This document shows, one piece after another, positions 40,831 through 54,450 of a stretch of 64,000 bases of DNA. The DNA is from Catajapyx aquilonaris (Eukaryota). A model generated the notes under the pieces. It made no database searches. It was not told the DNA's origin and was given only the letters and a program-made list of their open reading frames with translations. The translations under genes and the position numbers were made by a program. Each line of letters starts with the position of its first letter. The first letter of the stretch is position 1. The DNA lies in assembly GCA_000934665.2 (NCBI GenBank), contig KZ538008.1, forward strand, positions 1 to 64,000. The letters are read 5' to 3'.

Positions 40831-43800
40831 GGGATTCGGTCGAGTTGCGTGACAACTGCCGGTGTAACAACCGTGCAAGACCAATCCTGTTCTGTTCCGA
40901 GGCAAAAATAATCGATTTGCTACGCAAGTTTCAAATTTTCGTGGGTTAGGAAACGCAATTCCTTGTGGCGGAATAAAATATTCTCGGTGCATCAACTCGG
41001 CCGCAACTGTGGTTCGGTCTCGAGCGGCCCTTACTGTAGACCGTGGGTTTTTTACGATTACAGTTACTCTGGTCAATAAACGTGGTCAGGTACGGCCCCA
41101 GCTACACGGGCTTGAATAAGTTACATTGTTACAGTAACTGAATCACCTAATTTTGTTCTGTCATTTGCTAGTGCCGGTTCCTCTGAGACGTATAGCACAA
41201 CAGAGCTACAATACACAGTGTATGTTAATAATATCCTTATGAAGAAATAATTTCCTAACATCGCTGACCAGACCTTAATATTTTAAGGCCATGCCCTTGA
41301 GTGATAGTTTATCCTGACTCTCAAGGGCTAAACATCAGCCACCTCTGCACGCCAGGATGCCTGACACCCAGGGGCTCAACTCCGTACATTTCAACTTATG
41401 AAAACAAGACAATGCAGTTGTTTGTCATGTTTCACGCGATCAATATTGCGTACTGTACTACACCTGCAACAAGCCTGACAGATATTTGCGGCGACCCCCA
41501 ATTCAAAATGCCGGCACCTCCCATCCAATCCTCCAAATTGAAATGTACATTTGAGTTGAACCATCCACCCCCAACAATTCGCAGATGACTAATTAGAACA
41601 AAGTTGGGGCCCTACCCAAACCCACCGGAAGAGCCGAAGTTAAGCAATAACTATAATCCTCGACATCCGACATGAATTCCGGCATTTGAGGTCCCCGCCG
41701 TTGTAACTCCCCAACAAGCTGTAACAAAACATGGCAGCTCCCAATCATCCAAGTCCACATTCAAACTACTGCTCGTTAATTAAACTTTCATTGCAAACCA
41801 CTAATTACCACCCGATGAATGTCAGTCACTCGTTTTGTTGTGTTTAACGCCATTATACACCCGATCTGGACCCAACGCCCACACCGATAAGTAAAAAATG
41901 CAGATAATGTTTGGCATTATCTGCATGAAAAATATCCAGCTGTCGGCAAAAACGCAACCACCCATTTCCCCCGGGAGCGCAAAAATCCAGCATTCACCGC
42001 CAACCGTTTATGCATAAGTTTTCATACATTGCCCACGTCCATCCGCATCATCGGAAAAATCACGTCCCTCACAAACCTTGCATTATTCCTCATAAGTGCT
42101 ATTTTTTAAAAATTTATCCTCCAACCCGGATTATTTCCCACCCCTGCCTGCGTTGATTTTGGCATAGCCAACAAAATACTGGCCAGCCCCCGCCATGCTT
42201 GACGTGCATTTCGCCGGCTTAACATCTCTTTTGTTTCCTGCTCTTGTGGCCTGACAGGCCCCATCCGCATGCCGGGATCATGGCCGGTGTGTGCGTTTTT
42301 ACTTGCCGTCAGAATCGAGGGGGCCTCGGCGCAAGATAAGCGTTGCGGAACTGGGTATGAGAAAAAGTGTCAAAACTCCGTAAATTGCAAGGGCCAGTCT
42401 ATGGCACACACCAGTTAAATCACAGATCATTACTATATCTAAAAAATTTAAGGCCAAGAAACGCTGGACGTATCTGAAATATTCAGTGAAGTCTCATGCA
42501 AATTAAATATTGAGGTTTGACGTACCTATATTAATAATAGGCTGAATAATTTGGCACTAATCAGCTGACACACGAATAGACACCCCTACTAAAATATTGT
42601 GCAGCCCCCACCTATTTCTGCCTAGACATAGTAGGCATCGACAAAAAAATATACCAGACATATGACATTTTCCCGGACACTGGGCATAAAAAATTTACTG
42701 TCCCTGCTGACACAGAAAATTCGCTATTGTAATTGTTCCGAATGATAACGACCATTTTGCACGGCTCGTTTTCGGTTTTTTGACAATGTGTTGCTTACTA
42801 TTATCGGAGTATTCATTTCCATTCCGAATGCACGTCACCATTTCAAAAACACAACCTAGACAGTTATTATATTATCTGATGAAAAAGCACATTCACAATT
42901 TGCTGAATAGAGGAGGCTGGGGAAATATTCGAGCCTGCACAGACCCGAACAATAATGAAAAGCATGTTTCGTTCGTTTACAAATTCTTTCCTGGGAATTG
43001 CTGTTTGCTTATTACGTTAGTTTTTTTTTTTTGTATCCAAGGGCCCCTTTTTATTAATTAATGGGAGACTTTACGAGTGCTCTGTGCAAACGTTTCCAAT
43101 TACCTCCCTTCTCTCCTGCCTGCGAGGCAAAATGCCTTTCCCGCAGGAAAGAAATTAAAATCACTCCGGAGAATTCTTTAGAGGACTTGAGCGATCGTTG
43201 CGGGTAAACTTCTTATGAATGAGAAGAAGTTGGGACCTTTGAGAGGATCATCACAAGTACAAATTACTATCTGCAGCATTTCTTTGACCTCGCATTCCTT
43301 TCGGAGAACACGCAACGATCTAACTACGGAGATGATTCTCTCCTAGTAACCAATGAGAGCTCTCGTTCAAATGTAATTGGCTTCATCACTACGTAAGCAA
43401 TACATATTGCTCATAATTTAAGGCTGGTCTACATTTCCTCATGCATGATTATTTGCTCCACAATTTTTCTAATTTCCCTGTTATTTTTTTGTGTCAATAA
43501 TTGACAGTATTCACATTCAATTACAGTCATTTTTGAGTTCTTGTGCGTCACTATTTACAGTAAGTTACAAAATGTGAATTATTTACCACGTTAAACAGTG
43601 CATTCGATTGGTCTTGTTTAACTGAAACCATAATTATATCGCCGTAGGATTTTTTTGGGTATCCTAGGTATTTTTGGTAATTACAATATAATAATTGCAA
43701 TTTAAATTAATCACCCTATTTGCTAACATGTTTCTGCTTTTAATTAATTTGTATTTTTGTTGCCATTGATTAATTGTTATCAGTTTGATGTTTGCATTTG

Positions 43801-44099
43801 ATTTGCACAGCTAACTTTTAACGCAAAATTTCAGTGTGCATCAATTGATCAACATATCAAAGCAATTTCATAATAATATCGTATTACAATACATATATGC
43901 ATAAATTTGAGCATGTATAACTGCTTCTTGCATTATTACAATAGTGTAAAACCCTTTGTTAGTCTAATTGCAATCATGAAAGTTTCATTATTACTGTGAA
44001 GCCAGGAGAGGACGCCTGGACTACCCAAATTAGAAAGTAAAACCAGCCTAAAGACTCCCACGTGAACCTAACCTGACTGGACACATCCTGCCATTACAT

Positions 44100-47050
44100 G
44101 CCGGGTTCAAAACTTTCACCGGTCCTCCTGAGACCTCGGAGGACCCAGGCGGGTGGCATCGACCAATCCAGAATAATAAGCAGCACTTCTAGCAGCCAGA
44201 TTTTTCAGGTGAACACTACGGGAAGCGCAGAGGGGGTTGCGTGAGCCCCAGAATAAAGCGCATCCCCAAGTGAGGATGGGCAAATGGCATGCAGGAGAGA
44301 GAGAGCTAGAGAGAGCAGGCGATGGCATTTCCTGGTCGGAATCGTAACCAGCAGCAGGGCCGGCACTAAGGCAAGTTGAGAGTCGTTGTTATTCGCGGTA
44401 TTTCACAGGCACGCCCGTCGTTTGCACACGGCAAGTCCTGATGATTTCAACGTTTGCATGGAGAGTGGTCGTTGCTTCGGGGGACGGCTGGAATATGGGA
44501 CCCCCTCACCTCTAGCTTGCCAGAAACGCTCTCTCCCAATCCCTCGGAGCACCTCTTTTAATGCCGCCCTAAGCGGCCCACCTACCCAATTATAATTCTC
44601 TCCATTCTCGATTCCGACACAACGCGCCCGGTAATGAAGTCGGCGATGCAATTGTCAGCGTCTCAGCTCGTCGTTCTCTCCTCCAATGCAACCGGGGCCT
44701 TCGGATCGATCAGTTGGAGGCCACGCGATGTGGCATTCGCAACATGTTTCGCCAATCGATTCGATCTTGTAATTTTGTCACGGAACGTGCAAGCAAGGAG
44801 GTGTCATGCAAACATCCCCCCATCCCCCACTCCCCCAATTTCACAGGAGATCGTGCTCGAATAGCATAATGACACGGATCGTGACCATATGATACGGGGG
44901 CGACTATCCACTTCAATTCCATCGCCCCCCAACCTTTCAGTTGTGCGGATCATTTCGAATGGTTACCAGTGTCATCGCATCTGTATCACCTCCAGAGAGC
45001 CTGATTCAAACCAGCGTTGTGTGGATTCCTGGCCAATCCCATTTAGGGCGTGCAATTTACCGCGTTGAGAGTGGCAGACAAACTGACTATGGTCAAATGT
45101 CACGGCAATGCCCCGCAAGAGTAAGTAATTTGGTTGCGCGCTGCTGTGTGAATGCAATTAGCTTGATTTGGAAGGCATTACCGCGCCAACATGCTCAACT
45201 ATGACCCCTTCCACAGGTTTGTAATCATGGCGCGTGCAGGGCCTTGCAGTGCTGAGCCGCGTCTCGAAATTCGAGAGGGGACAGTCTTCGCGACAATCAA
45301 TCACCCTCTTGAGTGCTGCTAATTCATCTCGACCAAACTTTTTCGCAGGGCTGGAAAAGCCCCTGGCCGGCCATTCGCTGCGACAACATTTGAAAACCAA
45401 TCAGGGATCAGGTTCTATCTCTCCCAGGACGGCCATGCAGCACAAATAGGTTCGCGCCTGGACGCCCAGTTTGGCAATCACTGCGAGCAAACCTACAGGG
45501 CAAACACCAAACACCGTGCTCCCTTCTGACTTTTTCCACAATGCCTTAACCCAACAACAATGAGCCGGTAACGAGGCTTCTCATTGCTAGGAAAAGCCTG
45601 CTGATACTGGCAGTGTTGTTACACACCCGACGGTGCAAATGACACCCTTGGTGGGTATTACGTAGCCTGTACGCGCAAGCCCGATTGCCTGGCAACAATT
45701 GGGCGCTTGTGCTGGCCACACAATTCTTCATGCACTGACACTCCATGGTTCCTTACTCACTTCGATATCTCTTGCCAGACATCTTGGCGTGCGGAACCTC
45801 TGAAGCCTCACCACTGCATCTTAAGTATCTACTTGGGATCCCCGCCCAACAATCCACTTTTCAAGTCCCGCTGATGGGCACCGTCAGCAAACCCGAATTC
45901 CGGAAAGGCCTCATTTCATCCCCCATGTCCATTTAATGCGATAATGGCAAATATCACATAATAGCGCATGCACGTGTAACGGACCAATAACCCTGAAGCA
46001 ATAACTGCAAAATTCAGCAACTCCTGAATATTTTACCATCCCCTTTTCCAGCTCAAGAGTCCAGCCCGAAGGCCTCCTTTCCCCGCCCAATCGACAACAA
46101 ATAGCATTAGCATGGGGGAAATTCAGAGAGCTGCAGTAAAGGAGGGTTCCCCCAATCGCAGCCGGAGGCAACGTCTAACTAAGCGCCCAGAATTTCCTGA
46201 CGAGGCCTTCCGCCCAACGAAAAAAAATAAAAAATCCCCAAGACCGTCATTACCAGTGTGTTGCCAGCCCCCCAAAAATTGGCAAGGCAGCATCTGTTTT
46301 TCTATGCAAAACATTGTGAGTATATGTTGTGACAGTGCACTCTACGGGATTAAGCCGTCCGGTCCAAGCGTGTAAACATGCATCAAGCCATTTTTTTTTG
46401 TTCCCAGGGACGGCAGGTAAGCAGTGTCGGGTGCATATTCATGAAGGCGCCCTCCGGAATGGACGTGCAAGCCCGGACAGCCGATGCCAAAGCGCATCCC
46501 TGGCAAGAAAGCTTGTGATTCCGGCTGGCACCCTGTCCTTGCAATTAGTCCCGCCCCTTGTCTGCGAGAAAGCGTCACGTCGGCAGGCCCGTCAGAAGAG
46601 ATGTGGGGATGTCCTACTCCGGGGTTTCCTTTTCCCTTGCTGGTAAGAACGGAGGAAGCGACTTGGTGCGAGAGAGAGAGAGATGAAAGCCGCTCTGCGT
46701 CTCTTCTGGAATAACGAGTTCCATCTCTTGCATTATGCAAACTCGTCTGGCGTAAAATGGCCTTGTCGGGGCAAGGCTTGGGGGAATTGGGATCGTGTTT
46801 GGAGCTGCCGCCCACGGGGAGGTTCCTAGGCGGCGGCCAAGAAGCGCACCCACTCCTCAATCTCATTCCTCACTTCAGGCTTGGGTGCCCAACCTCGTCG
46901 GTGGTCATTGCTCTGGGACCGCGACACTGCTCCACGACCGCAGGTGGAGGGCAGCATCCGCCTTATCTCCGATAAGAACCTTGACACATACATTGTGCCA
47001 GTTCATATTTTCCGCCTTGCCGCCGTCCGATTCTATTAAGAGGCGCACTG
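44100..47050 (-). mobile_element. Decayed, internally deleted LINE (gag zinc-knuckle-like remnant near 46850-47030; RNase H/C-terminal remnants 44100-44990)
   Basis: NVCVKVLIGDKADA/CPPPAVVEQC (cf. CxxCxxxGHxADxCP..C..C), a GNERAD-like remnant near 44660, ILTWGC (cf. HILWEC), and terminal AARSAAYYSGLVD. No RT YADD motif found. Confidence 0.35.
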
Positions 47051-48299
47051 CAGATTGGGCCTCCGGCTCGGCAGTGTACCCAAGACGAAGTGAAATTGGA
47101 AAATCAGAAAATCCTTCCTTTCCACATGGATTCCCTTTTGCCAATTAGAGACTGCGAATAACATTAAATGTGCCTTACCTCTCGCCTTTCCTGTTTAATA
47201 TTACAACTGCTCAGCCTTTGGCTCAAAAGGTACTTGGGAGAACTTTGCTGCAACGGATGGCTGCATTACCATGAATAGAATCTCCACAGTGTCATTAGAT
47301 TAAACGGCAGTGAAGCTCACCGAAGGGGACACTCCCGTCCTTAATTCGATTCGAATTGATAGGAATAAGAATTCGGTCGTATATGTCAGCTGTGACTGCA
47401 AGTCTGGTTGCGCATCCCTCCCTACCCGGGCATACCCCAAAAACCCCATAGGCCCGGGCCACCCTCCATAAAATCAGCATCGCGCGTCCCGCAGGATCCA
47501 GCTGGTGGAGCAAGATGCATGGGCCTCTCGCGATTCAATTAGGCCTGTGCAGGCTTTGTTGACTTGGGCAAATGACGCAATGAATCACAGGGGCCCAGCA
47601 CGAGGTGAGCCGCCAATTGAATTCTGCAGACTGGTCCCTGCCTCTGCTTTTTGGTGCATATATGCTCACAGGAAGGCGGCCTCCTACCCGGGTTCCCAGA
47701 GGTGTTGGCCAATTTTTGCTCGGGAGAACCCTAGGCAATGCGCCGCTCAAACTTCAAGCTTCCTCAGTTACATATATAAAACACACCTATAGGTAATTCC
47801 AGCATCGTGTAAAGAGAATCAGTAATGCACCTCCTGGCCTGTGGGAATACAAACAAAATTACGTCCCTAAAATATGACTTTCTTTTTTGTCCGTGTCGCT
47901 TGTTCCAGCCCCCGATGCGTGTCTTTCCCCATTTCCCTTCCTACACCAGTGTCTTTGCAGCCCTCGGGAGAGCAGCCAATAGCCCTTGCGCCTGGGATAA
48001 CGAGGGGTAATTTCCACTTCAGGATTGCCTTGATATTTGGGAATCGCAAGCAAAATTACGGACGAAACTGCAGCGCCGGGAGATAACCGGAGTCACCGCC
48101 GGAATTTTTATGCAACACAACATCGGTCACGCAGACGCCTCTTTTTCTCCTCCAAAAAGTTCTCAAGATGGATCTCCATCTAGCTTGCCGACGTCCCGGG
48201 CTCCTCGTCTACATCCGGGCCTCAAGTAGAACAAAGGAAAATGTCTCGTCTTTCTAAGGCTCTGCTGTCAGGAGTCTACAAATAGTCCTTTTCAACTCA

Positions 48300-49990
48300 C
48301 AACTTTTACTCGGGGGCTCTTATTGAGCAAGAAAACTTAATTAAAGGAGAGGTATGTCGGAGTCAGTCTCGAGGTTTTGCTCCGTTTACAACCCCCTCGG
48401 ATAATTCGGGAGTAATTTATCATGTAACGACAATGACAGGCTTTTGCTTCGAGTTTTGCACTTGATCATTAGCCGCTCTGTCGCATCGATTGTTTGCCTT
48501 AAAACTTGGTTCAAACCGCAGAATGGCTCGAGATAGTTGCATAAAATAACTAGTCATCCGAACCACGGCTTTGTGAGTTCTCCCAGTACTTCTATCAGGG
48601 TTGGAAAGACTTGTGGATAATTTGATACGGTCTTACCCACGCTCAGGACAAGGATGGCCACTGCGATGAAGTGCACTTACCTACAAAAGAAGAAAATAGT
48701 CATTAGCAAATTGCACACAAGTTCTGACATAATACCAACTGCATGCAATAGTAACACATAGTATCGCACTCCTGCATGAAATCGATAAGCTTTTCCTCAG
48801 CCACTGCTCCTCAGATGTGGTGAGGCATGCAGCGAACTAACCCAGCCCGGAACACCATTGAACTTAACCTCTGTTTGCACAAGACTCCCTGAGCAACGAG
48901 CAAAAACAAGAGCAGCCGTTATTTGAAAACGCAGTTAAGAACATTTTCCGGGTTATTTGGCGGCAGTCAACTGCACCGCCAAGTAAGCACTGGGAAATGT
49001 TGATGAAGTGATGGCTTCCCCCTCTTACAATTCTCCGAGTGACAACGGCCAGTTGATCCCCTGAGAGTGGTGGGTGGGGGGTATGGGCAAGAAGGCTCTT
49101 GATGATGATTCCCATCTGAGGGGGGGGGGGGGTGGGGGGCATCAGCGCTTCCTGCAGATGGTCCCGAGTGGGGGCCGAACGAAAAGCGTCGATATTTCAG
49201 GGCATTTCGGCCAGACAAGGTGGGCGTCGGCAGGGACGGATTTTTTCCCAAGTGTCTCGTCCCTTGTTTGACAAATCCACTTAAATGCACGGGGAGGAGA
49301 GACCGGACGGAGATAAATTCCGGACCATTCGTCTGACCAGCACATGTCGGTACGAATCACCCTTGCCGCCGCCCATGCCATTTGTTTCAGCCCCCTACTG
49401 TTTGCATTGCGGATGGATTTCCACAAATGGGTAACCCATAAATATCGATACATATCGATTTTGTACGCTCTGGTTCCTTACAAGATATCAGGGTCAGATT
49501 TCAGACTCATCCATCACTTGGCACTGATGGAAGGCCAGTTTAGCCCCTCCTGTCCATCATGTTCCACTCAGGAAGACATCTGCCTGAGGCTCCGACGCTT
49601 TCAGGCACCGCAATCCTGCTTAGGTAAATGTGTGCAGGCGGATCGCATGACTTCACTAAAACCGGGGAATCAATTACGGGACATCCAGGCCTGCCAGCGC
49701 GCAAGAGACTTAAAAGAAAAGCGAAGTGCAAAGTCTCTTGAGGAAATCGCCAGGGAAACAAATCGCCCGAGTTTGACTTGATTCTCCGGCCTTGCCATTA
49801 CACGTCAGGCAGCGATCTATCGCCCTGAATAGATAGAAGGAAGACAAGCCCTGCTCGTTTCTTCTGAAGGGGAAATTAAACTTTCCGTCCTTCTCTCTGA
49901 TGCCTGTATAACTTCCCCCTCTGGCAAGAGACATGGAAAAAAAGGTCGGCTTGAGAAACGAATGACACGTGTCGCGAGACAACGCAGTTC
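48300..49990 (-). mobile_element. Decayed P-element/THAP9-type DNA transposon
   Basis: Ordered remnants: THAP-like GSYTGIREKDGKFNFP...RAIDR...AICF, VMDESEI (cf. first catalytic DE), VIRTDM (cf. VTSDM), SADAPH (DxxH motif), YLEPFCGLNQ (cf. YLLTxRLNQD). Confidence 0.45.
48637..48708 (-). other. Candidate recursive splice site (junction 48681/48680) with 44-nt cryptic RS-exon 48680-48637
   Basis: gctaat (branch point-like) gactattttcttcttttgtag|gtaagt, and a second donor tgg|gtaaga 44 nt downstream. Confidence 0.55.
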
Positions 49991-51649
49991 AATACATTGC
50001 AAATCGAACCCGCTGAAATCGCAACCCCCAGATGCAAATGCTTCCAATTCGTTCTCCACCAGCCACTCAGAGTTCACACCGCAAAACCCTCCAAGCCTAA
50101 ATCCTACCCTGCACATTTTCCAGGTCCAGGATTTGATGGTGGAATCCTCCTAATGCATTATTCTGTGCTCTCGCCTGTACAGGCACCATCCACGACCAAA
50201 GAACCCAGAAAAAAGCGCCACTTTGTCAGCCTTGGTTGCCACTTGCTCAAATCCCAAAGATCTGCGCTGGAGGATCAAAATGGAGTGTACTTTTCGAGCG
50301 AATGACGCAGTCAAAGCCTAGGCACCGCCAGTTCAGTGATTATTCTCATTACTTGCTTTTTCTTTTTTCCTACCCGCCACGTCTTCAGTGCCGGAGGGTT
50401 GTTTGTTATCAGCTCGTATTTTAACTTTTCTCATAAATCCTTGCTCGGGAGAGAGGTCGGAGCGAAACGAGCGGTCCTGCGAGACGCCTCAACTCGGATT
50501 AACTTGCTTTTAATCCCTTCGTCCTACTCGCACGCAGCACACTTGAACACTCCGCCGCACATGGAAGAAGTGCTTTACTGCTAAAAATGTACAGGGTGCT
50601 CCAAAATGCCCGGGTAAGGCTGAGCTATAGACGCCAACTCCACTTGGGTGCCTATAGCAACCAATGCACCAGGTACACTCTGGACCTGTAAATGATCCTA
50701 AAGAACGTTCCTTTAATTCCAGCCCATCCTGTGCATAAATCCAGGCCCAGCACACCCAATTGCCCCCGCATTATGAAAACCAATTTGGATTACAGTTGCC
50801 GGAGAGCAATACTGTATCCCCATTTGCAAAAGCCTAACGTGGTAATTCAGGCATGCAATGATGCAATAATAGCGTGTATTACTAGCGAATGCAATCAAGC
50901 CGTCTCTCAAAGGGCCAGCCCTTCTTCCGGCAGGCCATTATATTACGAGTCCCCAAGCCGCACGATATTGAAGGAGAACAGAGGGCCTACCAATTTCGAT
51001 CTCCTGATCTTGCTTCCACAGAGATGGAGAGAGAATTTACAACAAAAAAGTAGGGGAACCCGCATGCACATTGCTTCGATTAATTCTTTTCGGATATCCG
51101 ATATACGATGCCCAAGACGGAGAAGAAGAGGTGGAAATAGCCGCCCCAATAAATATATCCGACTCGAGCAAATGGCCTGAGAGGACATAAAATGTACGGG
51201 CCCGGTTTTTGTCTCGCGTATATCAGGCAAAAAAAGAGCGCGCAATAACATACAAAAGGCTGTCGACAATAAAATTCCATTATATAAACAGGCAGTTTTC
51301 ATATTTTCATACAGGCTTAAAACCGTTGTAAATAAATTTCCCACCCCTTTTGTAGAAAAAACAATGTTGCAGTAGTTCGAGCTAATCGCATAGGAAACTG
51401 CAGTATTAATGCACAGATAGTCGCCAACCATTTACATTGCAGACAAAGGGTAACAAAAAAAAAAAGTTTGTTTTCGCATTTAAAGCCAAACACAACCCCA
51501 TCCCTCCACATATTTTGTTGATATGCCCCTGCTGTTGTTTCCGCAGTCATGTTTTATTTGTTCTACTCCCTATTTGCAAAGTTATACTGGTGTACCGCCA
51601 TTAATTTTCGCTCGAACGTGTAAGCCCCCGTACACAGCACGCCAACATA

Positions 51650-54450
51650 ATAATGCTCTAATCCGTCCGCCATAATGAACCTATAGGAAAAAAAGTCCCC
51701 CGCCCCCTCCCCCTAAAAAAAACTGACAACACCCTCGTAATTCCACTAGAACTTTCCCCACGTAAACTTTCCTCCTCCTTGCAACCGCACCACTCTCGCC
51801 TAAGACTAATACACCCACAAAGTTTCGTACACCGTCCACAAAATTTAATCCCCCGCCGGACTATACCCTTTCCCCCTAGAAAATTCCGACGGGGCTTGTA
51901 TTTTGCGAGCAACACACCTGTTTTTACCTCCCCTGCATTCCCTCCGGTAACACCCTGGCTGAAAAATATAGTATACAGAAAAAAAAAGCAATTCTTGGCT
52001 CTGGCGCTCCGTGGACTAATCAAATGGGGTCCAAGCTTGACACATCGGGCGCGAAGGCCTCTGGGAGCACTTGACGAAGGCCACAATGGCCGCCCCAATG
52101 ACGTCATTTGGGCCTCACTCGTAATGGCAGTGGCGCTGCCTGCGAGCTCAGAATGGACGCGCAGAAACGTGCTCCGGGACGCCATACACACAAGGGAAAT
52201 TCCGCCGCTGACAAATTCCTTCCCACTTGAAAAATAACGTAGACAAGGTATTCTCAGGCGCATACGCCCAAGGTGACGCTTGGGATGCCTGATGCACAAC
52301 AATGTTGTTCCTACTGCTAAAGCCACGACGAATTAAATTAATCTGAATTTACCATAAGTAATGGTGTCAAACAACAATTGACAATTCAGCTGGACCACCA
52401 AGCTGTGGCACTGCTTTCATCCCTAAAAGGGTCTATAAAGTGCATCTGTGGCGCTCTAGAACGGCGCTTCCCAGAATCGTCGCCTCTTTTTGGATCCATG
52501 CCCTGACGCAACACCTTGGAGCAATGTACTTGATCTGGAAACATTCTGTATAACGAACGATAATGTGTCGCCGCACAAGTTTTCACATTGTGCAATCTGG
52601 ATTTACAATCATGGCTGAGAGATTTAAAATACGAGCTGGTAAGGCCTGATTTCCAGAGGAAATGGGCGCGGAAAGGAACTTCCCGAATCTTTCTTCCTCT
52701 GAAACGACTCTGGAGGAAACGGTTTCAGAGTTTCTCCTCACGATTCAGCCCCCCCGAACCCCACCGATTTCCTTCCCCTAACACACGCCCCCCTCGAATA
52801 AGCTCACTTCAAGCCCCATAATCTATTTTTATCTGAAATGAATAGTCTGCCGAGTAGTATAAACTTTTATAACTCTCTCCCGGACCCTCTCCAGGAAGAA
52901 AAAAAGGGGGGAGAATCCGGAACTAGAAACTTTCCTCTCTTCACAAATGCGCTGTTCCCACTTGAATATTTCCGTCTCTTAAAAACGGGCCAAACATGAG
53001 CTAAGAGACGTTTAGAAAACGTCTCCAGCAGTGACAAGTTACGGCGAAAGCGAACCACTCCAGACTCTAACGCTGCATAGAACCTCTGCCAAAAACTGCA
53101 GATATCCTGATATGTGAAAGCTTTTGAGCAAAAGAGCACTGAGATATTCATGAAAATTCAACAGAATCAATATCTCCGTTTCCATAGCGGTGCAATTGTG
53201 TGAAGGATGTGAAGCCACACATGAACGATCCATGTGTCGGATAAAACTGAAGGCAGAAAACAATTTCATTTATTTATTGGAAAATTCTTCTCTCCACTTC
53301 AATTATGGCTCTTGCATATATTCCACATATACAGTAGCAATATTCTCCATCACACTGAACTTTGCCAATAGTTTTCCGCACACACGCCCTTATCAGGCTA
53401 AGGCAAATAGTTTGCCAGCCCTGAGTGGCGATATTTCTCCCAGAATAATAGGAATGATTTCTATTCCTAGGACGGATCGCTATTTGACCACAAGTGAGAC
53501 GAAGGCAGCGACGAATATTACTTGGCCCCCAGTCAGGCCCAAGATAAATACGGCGAGGTTTTGGGGGGATTTCCGGCGCAGGCGATGATGGCCCCCGTGT
53601 CGCATGGGCGGGCCTTGTACCTGGACTGGGGCCAAGAAAAATGCCTGGAAGGGTCTCGCCTCGGCTCAAGAATCGTCTTCCAATAGGAGAAAAGCCTCAA
53701 GAGCACTGCCAAGCTCCCGGATCTGTGTATTTGATACTCAATCTGGATTTATATTGCTCGACGGTTTCGTCCGTCGCAGTTCCAGACTCCTTTTTTGCCA
53801 ATTCAATAGAGCAAATTCTCCCCCTGGAAAGGCTCAGGCAAACTTTCCGCTACATGCTGGCTTCACAGGGTAAGAGAATATTTCTCGATCGTCCCCAAAT
53901 GTCATTTGGAATGTTCCGAGTCGACAAAAACTATACCCGCCGCCATTTCGCATGCACTCTCGATATACTGCTTCACCTGAAATTTCGAACGATCAGCATA
54001 ACAACTGAGTTTGACGTTCTACGATTGAATTTACCCTGTATAGGAAACATTACTCTACGGGCCTGATTACTCTAGCTGTCAAATCCCTTGAGGCATACTT
54101 GACAGCTAGAGCATTACGCCTAACTCAATTTAGACCCCAAGTGACTGACCATTCCGCAATTCAGATCTTCAAACGATTTCATTCGCGACAAATGACAACC
54201 TATTTTTATACCGGCACAAAAAAACACACCCATACAACGTTATGACATGACCAGCTTGACAATGGCACATAAACTGTTCAAATCATGCTTCAGGTAATTT
54301 TTCCCAAGTGGCGTGTAAAAATATCCGCCCAAAGCACGCGACGGCAAATCAAACCATTCACCCTCACACAGCCAGAAACCCAACAACGTCCAGCACACCA
54401 CATCGAACGCGACAGCTTATGACGCTTCGCATTCACAAAAAGCGTCTGCC
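51650..54450 (-). mobile_element. Second decayed P-element/THAP9-type transposon
   Basis: RCWVSGC (THAP start-like), NILLPCEAS (cf. LxLPSxxTL), LIRACVRK (cf. HLIKCVRN), MNISV (cf. KMNVxxA), WCGCKEE (C-terminal GCxxH-like) in the expected order. Confidence 0.35.
54070..54111. repeat. Perfect 13-bp inverted repeat with 16-nt spacer (ctctagctgtcaa / ttgacagctagag)
   Basis: Seen directly; arms 54070-54082 and 54099-54111. Confidence 0.9.
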
